Shown here: in pieces, positions 1 through 10,548 of the stretch
Numbering within the stretch: the stretch's first letter is position 1
How the letters are laid out: each line of letters opens with the position of its first letter
Program-made: the position numbers and the translations under genes
NCBI GenBank assembly: GCA_030704615.1
Contig: CM060732.1
Coordinates: forward strand, 35,898,001 to 35,962,000
DNA from: Takakia lepidozioides
Lineage: Eukaryota; Plantae; Bryophyta
DNA: 64,000 bases
Direction: 5' to 3'
Notes under the pieces: model-generated
Seen by the model: the letters and a program-made list of their open reading frames with translations, nothing else
Told to the model about the DNA's origin: nothing
Databases searched by the model: none

Positions 1-21
1 GGGGTTAAATCGCAGTTCCAC

Positions 22-1379
22 TTGCAAAATGGACTGCTCCGGTATAAGCAAAAGCGTCTCTACGTGCCGAAGGGAGGGATCAGAGATAGCCTCTTGAAAG
101 AATGCCATGATAGCCCGCTTGCGGGCCACGGCGGAACCAAGCGCACTGCGGCACTCTTGAAGAAAGAGTATTTCTGGCCCAAACTGAGGGAGGAGGCAGA
201 GGAGTATGTCAAGACATGCACCACATGCCAACAAAACCGGAGTGAGTACAAAAAGCAAGCGGGGCTGTTACAACCCTTGCCGATTCCAGAGGGGACTTGG
301 AAAGCGTCTCGATGGATTTCATGACTGCTATGCCGCTGTCAAAAGGATTCGATGCAATCATGGTGGTGGTGGATAGGTTCAGTAAAATGGGCCATTTCAT
401 CCCCACCAAGGAGACGGCAACGGCGCAAGAGACAGGGCGACTTTACTTCGCCCACGTCTTAAAGCATCATGGAGTCTCGAAGGATATTGTTTCGGACCGC
501 GATCCAAAGTTTACGAGTAAATTTTGGAGGGCACTTTGGAAGAAGATGGGGACGAGGCTGAAGATGAGCACCGCCTTCCGACCTACGACCGACGGCCAAA
601 CAGAAAGAGTGAATTCCGTAGTGAAGCAGATCTTGCGGAATTACGTGTCGGCAGACCAAACAGACTGGGTGGAACACTTAGACGCGGCAGAGTTCTGTTA
701 TAATAACACAGAACACTCCGCAAGGGGAGTTTCCCCTTTCGTATTGGTCTATGGAAAAGCACCTCTGGTGCCGACAAGTTGGGCCGCCCAGGACGTTGAG
801 GAACCGGCAGTAACGGCGGTACTGGAAGAACGCGAGCGTTTATTGAAGCTCGCAAAGTACAACATTGCCAAAGCTAGGAAACGGTATGAAAGGCAGGTGA
901 ATCGGAAGCGGAGGGAAGTGAAGTTTGAGGCAGGCACGGAGGTCTGGTTGAACATCAAGAATTTCCGACTACCTCCGGAAGTGAGTCCAAAGTTCTTACC
1001 TCCGTATGCGGGACCCTTTCGCATTCGGAAGGTTATGAATGAGGATGTGTATGAATTGGAGCTGCCGACAAATAGCAAGGTGCACCTAGTATTCCATGTC
1101 TCCCTTTTGAAGCCTTACTTCAAAGATGAAGCGCGTCCGAATCGGCATCAAGTGTTGCGACCCCCACCTATGCTGTTGGATCATGAAAATGAACCTGAGT
1201 ACAAGGTGGAGGCAATACTGAAGTCGAGGAGGATCAAGAATCGAGAAACGGAGTATCTCGTCAAATGGAAGGGCTATCATCATATGGAGGCATCTTGGGT
1301 GCGTGCCTCAGAAATGGGAAACGCATCCGAGGCGGTTGCAGCTTTCGAAGGGCGACCTCAAAAGCGGAAGAAGCGTTGA
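22..1379 (+). pseudogene. Gypsy integrase with C-terminal chromodomain, frameshifted near 300
   Basis: ORFs 22-324 and 297-1379 join across a frameshift (PLPIPEGTW/ESVSMDF). Chromodomain reads YKVEAILKSRRIKNRETEYLVKWKGY...SW. Confidence 0.92.
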
Positions 1380-1413
1380 TGGGGACATCAACCTTGGAGC
1401 GTGGGGGAGGAAA

Positions 1414-3069
1414 TGCATGCTTAGCCTGGCTTAGCTAGCTTAGGAATCCGATTGCAAAATCTTGTATTGTACAAAACGTGCTATAAATGAAATGGCTTCC
1501 AAATGTCGTGCGTCCTATTTTGTTTGGAATGTTGATGCATGGAATGGTTGGCTAGTGTGTAGAATGCATGCTAGCTTATAAAAGTGGGACAGGTAATTGG
1601 GTTAATTGTGTGTTTGCGTAGTGCCGAAATCGGGTGACCCCCATCCGAGGGGCAAGGAAACTTGCGCCTTCTTTGGGAGTTCACGTGCTAGTGCGCACCT
1701 GGCACGTGCGCGTACTATAACTGCACTACCGAGGGGGGTTGCCTTGTAGTGCGGGCTAACGCGAAAGCTACGTGCTTCCGTTCACGTACTATAATCGTGT
1801 AGCCTCGGGACGAAGTCGTAGTGCGGCTTCGGCGTGTTCCCGTACCTCAGGCCAGCATTCTAAGGCGGACCCAATTGTAGTGATTGGGGCGCACGGTTGG
1901 TTCAAGGTTATCTTCCTAGTCAAAGAGGGTTCCAGGTGAACCCTTGCTCAAGGTGATGCCAGAAGCGGCATCATGAGTGATCGCAAGCAATGTTTTTGCA
2001 GTAAGGCGATTCGATCCTCGAGGAGGATCGTTCCTTGGCCTTGAAGTAGGCCAAGAAGAGTGCACTGGGAGGAGTTGGAGAGGCTCCACCCTTGGCCGGG
2101 ACTTGGAGGAAGTCGGCCGAACTAGCTAGTGGAGAGTAGAGTCAAGTGTGGGTTTGGTTCTTTGCCATGGGACGCCATGGTGCGGAAACAAACTCCTTGA
2201 TGTGGGACGCCACAACTTGGATGTTCGTTTCTACAAAAATGGACAAGTCGATGAGGACATCGACTCCCTGTTGGTAGGGGTGTGTGTCGCGGCCCTTTGC
2301 CTTGAGGGCAGGGGGTCGGGACACATGAGGGGTTGCCCCTGTGGTGGGGGCAGCGGCATCGATAGGTATGGGGGGCTGAAGCACCCTTGAGTGCCCAAGG
2401 CACTCAAGGAGGCGGAGGCGCTCACTAGGTGGAGCCCCGCACACCGGGTTGCGGTAGGGGTGGCTCCACAAGGGGTGGTGGTAGCTTAGCGAGACTTAGT
2501 GGGGGTGGCATAGGACTCACCATGGGGGCGGAGACCTCGTGGTGGAGTCGTGGGGAGTCTTGGGACTCATCACGGTCCATAGGGGCCGTGGTGAGTGGGC
2601 CAAGACGTACCGCGACTCATCACCGGGAGTCGAGGGTTTTCGTGGTGGTTCGCCATAAAATGGCATGGCTGGTTGTGAAACCCCCGCGGACAGCTACAGA
2701 AGTATATATAAGGGGAGTAGTGACCCTGAGAACGGTGCAAGCCCGTTGGTGACCAAAAACTAGTGAGTAAGCGAGCGAGCCGGAAAGCGACCAAAGAGTG
2801 GGGAGCTGTTCCGGACTGCCATCTACCAAAGGGAATTCCACCATGCCCAAATAGGTGGAGGGTTTAGTGGGAAGCGAAGGGGGACCGTTATGTCCCGGTG
2901 AGCAGCCGAAGCTCCAAGTTGGCCCGGAGCCAGGTTGGGAGTCAGGCGCGCGCATCAAAGCGAGTAACTATGACTTGAAGGGGAGCTTACCGAATTGAGG
3001 TGCGCGACATCCTGGGACAATGGTTGGAGCCTCGACAAGAGAGATGTAAAGGGAAAGGTCTCTGGTTCA
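1414..3069 (+). repeat. Probable 3' LTR (about 1.65 kb)
   Basis: Starts with TG 3 nt after the PPT. GC-rich character persists to ...GGTTCA at about 3069, then composition changes. No second LTR in the window to confirm the end. Confidence 0.45.
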
Positions 3070-3144
3070 AATCTGGTCGTAAGCTCTGTGGATTTTTTTT
3101 TTATGAGATACGGCTAACACGAATTTCAAGTATGTAAAGGTCGC

Positions 3145-3420
3145 ACTTCAGCCTCTACATAGGAGACGCACTTGGATACACTTGGATTACACTCGGGCTT
3201 AGATGACAGTGGACACTTGGGCCTCTACACGGGAGATGCACTTGGATACATAGAAGTTTGCACTTTGGGCTTAGATGGGCCTTGACCTAGGAGACGCATT
3301 GGGATACATAGGAAATCACACTTGGTCTTACATTTCAACTCTTCACATATGGGCCAAACGCACAGGCTATCCTAGAGGTCGCATTTGGACCTCGACATAG
3401 AAGACGCACTTGGACTTGGG
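3145..3420. repeat. Degenerate minisatellite of (GGAGACG)CACTTGG(A/G) units, resuming at 4330-4370
   Basis: Repeated cacttggatac, cacttgggcc and ggagacgcac motifs on both sides of the 3421-4324 insertion. Confidence 0.6.
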
Positions 3421-4324
3421 GGTAGATGCAGGGTAAGGTGGACCACAATTAGCGTCATTGGCACAGTTTTTAGTGACTGTCGTGCATGATATCATGAATT
3501 GTTTTGAATAGAATCAATAATGTTGAGAAACATTTTCCATGTTGAATTCCTAACTTCAATATCTATCTATATCAACCGTCAAATTGTCAATCAAATAAAA
3601 TGTCCAAGAGGTATGGACTTTTGAACACGACAACTATGGACTGTCATTACCGCCGCAAATGGAAATATATGGACTCAAAATGAGACAAATTGATTTGGCT
3701 TATTTTGATAGACAATGGTATATTTAACATTTTTAGTAAATGGTATTACCCCAAACATCAAAGATAATTTTTATTATAAATTTTAGTCTTTAATTTGAAT
3801 AAGATTTGATATATCAAAAGTTAGTTTTACATCAATTTGTCCATTGTGCCTTTGGTGTATTGCTTTGAACTTTTGAGGTAAGGGGGTCAATATAAAGAAC
3901 ACTCTAGATTTCAATTTAAAATGACAATCTCAGCTGTCAATTACTACCTATAGACTAATATGAGTGTTATATATAGGTGGATTTGTTCTAGTTTAATACA
4001 TCTTGTGTTTTTAGGCTTTTTGAGGTGTCATATTTTACTACAAATGATACAAAAATATAATCTACAATGGCTTGTTGTATATAGACAAATCGATGTAAAT
4101 TCTAATTTTTGATATATCAAATTTTATTCAAATTAAAGACTAAAATTTCTAATAAAATTTATCTTTGATGTTTGGGGTAAGACCCTTTACTAAAAATGTT
4201 AAATATACCATTGTCTATCATCATATGAAAGTATTTTGGGAAATATCGTCCATTTAAATTTGATCATGGACTTCCATGGAAGGCAACATCTGCCGTTTTT
4301 GGTCCACCGTATCCTGCAACTACC
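3421..4324. mobile_element. Non-autonomous TIR element (MITE/foldback) with a long internal inverted repeat
   Basis: Termini GGTAGATGCAGGGTAAGGTGGACCA and TGGTCCACCGTATCCTGCAACTACC are inverted copies flanked by TTGG(G). Internal inverted repeat of about 135 bp at 3707-3842 and 4084-4220. AT-rich. Confidence 0.8.
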
Positions 4325-4398
4325 TTTGGGCTTAATTAGTTGACACTGGACACTTGGGCCAACGACACATGCTGCCTTAGTATGTCATGAATCAAGAC

Positions 4399-4725
4399 AA
4401 GTGGTATGCAGATACAAAGTCATTAGGATATCAACCCAAATATCAATGCATCCAGATCCGGAACTGACATTTTTTAGGATCCGTAATAGATGTATAACCG
4501 ACGGATGTAAAAATATGAAAAGAAACTCTATACTCGGTGTAATATCCGGCCAATACCCGTCAATACATGGCGGATATTAGCCCTAAACTTAATAACGCAC
4601 CCGGATCCGCTGTTTTTTTAATTATCAACTATTTATTATTATTATTATTATTAGTTGTTTGTCAGGTTGGTAGTAATACCCGAAATCGGCGGATATTTAA
4701 AAAAATTAATATTTGCCCAACACTG
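4399..4725. mobile_element. hAT-like MITE
   Basis: 8-bp target-site duplication ATCAAGAC at 4391-4398 and 4726-4733, imperfect TIR (AAGTGGTATGCAGAT vs CAGTGTTGGGCAAAT), internal ATCCG/CGGAT motifs. Confidence 0.65.
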
Positions 4726-4958
4726 ATCAAGACCTTAGACCAAGTTGTCTTGTTATGCATCTATACATATATGCAGAATATTAGCACTTATTAAGGGTCA
4801 TGAAGTAAATGAGGGAGTGAAAAAATATCCTAACACTTGAACACTGCTTTGTAAGAATTTGAGGAGTAAAAAAAAGATAACAGATAAAGAGGATATGGAG
4901 AGTAAACTGTATCAAATTTATATGGGAACGGGATGATGGCCTCTTGCGGTAAGAGAGT

Positions 4959-5730
4959 TGTGTGTGTCTTATACTTTGTCGCTCACACTCACTTCTTTGC
5001 CCGATCTACTCATTCAGCTCTAACTATCTCTTTTGTCTCTTATGTTGGCTTTGGGTTTTTTAGCGGACTCGTCTTCCTCCGGCCGTCGAATAGCCTTGAA
5101 TTAACTACCTTTGAAACCTCGCTTGCAGTGTTATGCTTCATTCAGGTTTGTCCACTTTGGCTACCTAGTTAGTTCCCCATTGCACTAGTATACAACTATT
5201 TTGCCATTGGCACTCAATGTATCTTGGCTTTCGGGGTGTCAATCATCCGGCAGAGAGAGAAGACTCGCCTAAACCGGCGTAACTAAAAACCATTGGGTGG
5301 GCCCTATAAAAGACGGGTGTCCAGGAGGACACCAAGTAACCGGTAGGTACAAAGGTACCATGGGTACCCCAGGGGGTACCCTAGGGTACCTAGGGTATCG
5401 TGGTTAGGAGGGATTCCAGTTATCGTTTGTTAGTGATAATGGCTATGAGGGAACGGAGCGCCGTGAAATGGATAGCCTTGAAGCATTTACGGATAGGGGA
5501 TATATGGATTTTGAAGTGGTTGTGGAGAGCATCAATACTGGCATTGTGGGATACCCCCTCTAGTACCGGCAGTGATAACAGAGAGCGGGCCTGTATGCCA
5601 GCCACGTCGGCGGATTGCGAGAATGAGTGGGGCATATTTTTGCCGTTTCTCTAAGATTGAGTCAGTAGGATATCAGTCATGACAATATGTGAATTCTATG
5701 AAATGTATGGTTAGTTTCAGGGCAGCGTAG
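4959..5730 (-). mobile_element. 3' end of a non-LTR retrotransposon with a restriction-like endonuclease (RLE) domain
   Basis: Minus-strand translation IHFIEFTYCHD*YPTDSILEKRQKYAPLILAIRRRGW...VITAGTRGGI / NASIDALHNHFKI...IITNKR matches the RLE C-terminal pattern. A 3' UTR follows, ending in a (CA)n-like tail at about 4959-4968. Confidence 0.7.
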
Positions 5731-6125
5731 CTACGGCGTGAGCCCAACCCCGTGAGCCTGGGAGCTGAGCTCACGTTGTAGCTGCACAAATCTGGGAAGC
5801 GTGAGCGGCACAAATCTGCTAGAGAAGCAGGTCCTATAGGCGAGGATTGCAGGAAGAGGGCCTATTACCGTGGACAAAACAAAGGGGGCCACCATGCACC
5901 ATGTCTGCAATGCCTGCACAAACAGAGGAATATGAAAATATAGCAGATTTGAGCTCAGAATGATTGACACACTTTATTTCAATTCACAGATAGACGCTTA
6001 CAATGAATGGCATGTGCATTTGCCCTGGTTCCGCGAACGAAATGTATGTGTTTGTCCTAAATGCAAAGTCTTTACACGGTAACCTGGAAACCAGCATGGG
6101 AAGCGGGCATGGCTCATATGTGTTC

Positions 6126-9100
6126 AAAGAGAATTTGGCGGAGCCCTACGTGAGGTGTCCCGCTGCAGAAGGGTGATTACTTCTCCGTAGCCTAGTGTGG
6201 CTTGGTGAATGAATTGGTCTCTCTTACCGTCGCAGCACATAATTACAAGGTATATGTAATATTGATGCTTGCAGGGACTTCCCTCTCATGCCGAGAGCGC
6301 CCTCACGCATCGTTACAAAATCCGGACAAGTGCACGTAGGGAAATTCCCCACGGTAACCTGATATTCTTTGCCATGAAGAACTGAGCCAATAGACAGCAC
6401 TGTGTAAATCCATCCATACCTCGGGGCAGGGACTTCGGTGATACGAGTCACCCGAACCTGCAAAATTCTAGCCGATTCCATCTTGCATTCATGATCTGCA
6501 CCCGAAGCGACACGGCGCACTGTTTTTTCATCTTTTTTTGTTGGGTGGGAGTTGGCACCTGGTGGAGGCATTGCCGGAGCATGTGGCACAGCTGTGCCGA
6601 CAGTGCATGAGGGCACCACCCGGGACCGTGCAAGATAGAACCCTCCCTCCTCCAGCATGCTTATCTCGGTTGATGACAACGACGTCCCAAGTATTGCGGG
6701 GGGAGGGGGCTTCATTATCACCGAAGGACGAACTGTTCCCTTGACGCATCGTGCCATATCGTCTGGGAAGAACCAGAACTTGTGGTCCTTTGACTCCCCA
6801 CTATGATAAGGTTGGAACAACCCTGTGAATGTTGGAGCTGGAATCCCCCTGGAGCCTTTGCATATTTTTGATTTGCATTTCTTGAAAGAGGGGGTCCGAA
6901 TTGCCATGCAAGCCACTCTAGATCCTGGTGGGGCGCGTTCTATATGCCACTCATTATCAATGCAATCAGATTCATGCACCATGGCCACCACCTCCTCTAA
7001 TGGGATTCCTGCTGCTGTGCTTGCATGATCTGCACCTGCTCCACTGGAGGAGGACCCACCTAGGAAGGGGCGGGCACATGACTTAGTCTGCACTGGAGAC
7101 ACCCTTGGTACAGAGAAATTGACCCTGTCCGGCCGATGAGAATCTCCATCCGACCCTGGAGGAGTGTTCAATTTCCTTTTGTATGATCCAAATCTTTCCT
7201 CGCCTTCCAAATGGGGGAGCCTGGATTGCAAAGGGGAGCCTTCAGTGCACCTGTTTAGAGCTCTGGCCATCTTCGATGGGTCTCCAGACCTACTCACAGC
7301 CCTTAGCATCAACAAAGTTGTATCAGGGCCCTTGCCTCCGCCCCGTCCCATCAGAAAATTGCGGTACCTGGTTTGTTGTGTAAGTGCCCGCACCATGTCA
7401 TCAGCAGTGGCCACATACAAGTCACGTCTTGCTTTGGTAGACTGCTGCATCCAGGCGTTGTGAACAGTCTCCGCCAAATTACAGGATGACATGTCGGCCA
7501 AGTCCTCCAAGGACATGTCCTATAGGAGGCATTGCATGGAAATGTGAGGAACGAAAGGAAATGGAAGAGGTTCTGCAAGTGACAATCCAACAACCTCAAA
7601 TGAACAGGCATGATGCAAAGTGAAATTTGTGTTTCTGGGATTGAAGAGGCTTACCGTCGTCATGAAAGCTCCCCACTGTCTGTACCTGAAGTGCCAGAAA
7701 ACCAACCAGTCCTCCAACTCCTTCAGGTGGATACCAGTAGCAGCACCAGAGGAGAACCACCAAGCCCGGATTGCTTGGTAAGTGCTCTCAGCTTCTCCCA
7801 TTGAGGTGGCATTTTTGTATTTGAGGCAGAGCCTTCTGTGCTCCAACTGAAGGTCAGGGCGAATGCAACGCTTTGTATGACGTGCCAGAGATTGACTCCA
7901 ATGGAAGAGGCATGTGCGCTCCCTATTTTCCATTGGGACCTTAGGATCCCCCGAACCAAACACGCGCCGCACTGCATTGAAATTTGCCTGTGCACTATTA
8001 GCCATGAAGCCCGCAAAATTTGTGTTATGTATTCCATTGCGTTGCATGACGGCCAGGAGCGAATTCCACATGAGCATCTAGGATTCAGTGTCCTCCGACT
8101 GCATATCACAAATTGCTATGGAGAGCACACGTTGGTACGCTGGATCGTATACATGGTACGCCATGTGTCCAACCCTTCACCCGTTTGCAGTGATCAAACA
8201 TTAATCAACATTTTGTCAAATCTCCTCCAGGTTGCATTCGGCGTACAATGCTCACACCACTGCCTTCGCCCACTATGGACATCTTGAACAAATACACCTT
8301 GGACGAGCCCTGGCCAGGGAAGATACTGTTTTGAATGAATTCATAACGACTCCTCCGTTTGAGGTCCATAATGTTGTCCATAAATCCAGCAGTGCCTGTG
8401 CCCATTCTGAGTGCATTCACCTGGTTTCGAATATTGGGAGAGCTCAACGTGGAGAAATGGTCCATCACTACCTCAAGCGAATCTGCATCTAGCATTGGTT
8501 GTGTCGCATCCCCTTCACCCAGTATGTGTTTTTCCAGGAATGCCTTGCTAGCTGCAAGCACTATAGCAGAAGGTGTTGCACAAGGGGCATTGTGGAACTC
8601 CTGCTTCAGCAGATTTCTAGCGATGTCCATGCTATCCCTGCAACTTCCTTTGGACACATGATGCTCGTGTGTACCCATATGAATGCAGGCACGAGTCATT
8701 GTCTTGCATCTGTGTGCCACCTGGTACATACGAGCGTGACACACAGAAACACCAGACGGGGAAAGTTTGCAGAACCTGCACACAGAAGTATTGGTCTTGG
8801 GAGGGGCAAGCCCTGGGGTGAAAGGATTCAGGGGCACACCTTCCCACTCAGTTTCGTTTGGTTTAGCGCTGTTTCTCAGACGAGGGCAAGAAATATTCAC
8901 GCACTTACAATGCCCTACGCAGACCGACCTTCGAAATTTCAATCCAATGTCGTTGTGGATGTTCGATGTTTTTGTCCTGCACCAAGGGTGTCCGTCATGT
9001 TTCTAGTCCATGCCCTGCAGAAGCCCAGCTAGTCCACTGGAAGACGTGGGAGGATTGAGCTCAAACAAGATGTTCCCATCAAACTCTGCTGGCACGTATT

Positions 9101-9686
9101 GAACCCGCTGCACACGAAGGGACTCCCAATCAACAAAACGCAGCTCACTCTTGCACCCAGGCACCCCTGCGAGGGCTTTCAATTTCGGAATGACACTCGT
9201 TATCTCCTGCAACTCGTCATCATCCAAGAATGGAGTCTGCATTGGCGGAGGAATCTCAGAAACATCCTTCGAGGACGAGTATGAAAGAGTCACGAATGTA
9301 GTGGATGTGCTCACCTCTTGTTTCACATGAACTGTGTCATTCTGCTGCACGACCGATGCTGCAGTGCCAGGGGTAACTACTGATCCTGCTGATTGTCTTC
9401 TGTCTTTTCCAATGACCCGGTATGTGTCTGGAAGGACTCTCCACTTCCTTCCACACTCGCCAACCAATGGTTTCTCCAAGTGCCCAGAATCCAAATTCCC
9501 ATCCTCGTCATACACCTCTTTTTGAACAATGAGAGAACCCAATTCCAGAGGGAACACTGTAACCAGCTCATCCTCATGAACAACTGCAAACCTATCGTCA
9601 TCTACAGTGGCAGTCAGTGGAAGACTACCTGCATTGGAATGAAATCGAGCGAGTCCATCTCGCTCCCTGGACATGTTTTCGTACAT
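6126..9686 (-). pseudogene. MULE transposase (GCM-like Zn DNA-binding domain, DDE core, SWIM finger), disrupted
   Basis: MD*KHDGHPWCRTKTSNI...FRRSVCVGHCKCVNISC...HMGTHEH (GCM/WRKY-like); MFDHCKRVKGW; FMANSAQANFNAVRRVF...CLFHWSQSL (MULE CxxH); YQVTVGNFPTCTCPDF...CKHL (SWIM, frameshifted). Intron at about 7525-7652, several stops. Confidence 0.85.
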
Positions 9687-10548
9687 TGACAGAAAGTTGC
9701 GATTCACAGAGGAATCCCCGAACTGATAGCCCGTAATTCTCGAAAGGGGATCCACCCCAAACAAACCGAGGTCAAAAAGGGTAGCACTGACCCAAAGACT
9801 GCGGGCGATGCATGCAAAGGACGTAGGAATGACATGCACCGAACTTCGCGGACAGCCACACTGAGAGACACCAACCAAAAAAACTGTTTTCTAAGACAAG
9901 AAGCCACAAGAAGCCGTGCTGTATTTGGATGAAAAACAAACCCTGAACATGACATAAAATCATCCATTATGGAAAGACGGCAACAACCCTGGAGAGCAGT
10001 AAAGAGGAAGACCCCGAATCTAATGAGGTTGTGTTGTGCCAGAAGAGCACAACACAAACACTCACACTCTGGGAGACACCTCGCATGAGTGTGTGCAACA
10101 CATGACCATTGCCGACACAACCCTTTATACCGAATGACCCCATTGCGACGGTGACGGCGAAATGCAAACTGCAGGGTAGGCAGTACAACACACGTGGACG
10201 CATATGTGAAGCATAACAATTATTGCGAATCTGCAAGTACTACTCGAAATTGAACTAGCATTAGATTTCTACGACACTTCCGAATTTCAAAGAATGCAAG
10301 AAGGCTGCCATGTATTGGCAGGCGGTGAAGTACATCTGACATATATCACAAGTACATGCAACGGATCTACTTTTTTTCCACCACTTTATTTCTTGGATAA
10401 TACAAAGACGTCGAAATGGATGAATTCCGTTCGCACACAATGATGACACCCGCATCCAAATACGGTTAACAATGTCCAATTTTTACTTTGGTTACATGCC
10501 ATAGCAACACTTGTTGCAAACGTCAAACTGGAGAGCTCCAGAGGTAGC

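Larger units (their letters stand above)
1..3069 (+). mobile_element. Ty3/gypsy chromovirus LTR retrotransposon, 3' part (integrase, chromodomain, PPT, 3' LTR)
   Basis: Integrase HHCC (HDSPLAGH...CTTC), core (SMDF, IVSDRDPKF, TDGQTERVN), GPF motif and chromodomain, followed by a polypurine tract GTGGGGGAGG at 1401-1410. Confidence 0.9.

Noticed and set aside
2122-2958. ORFs inside the gypsy LTR region
   Set aside because: They are short, occur on both strands in GC-rich DNA and show no domain signal.
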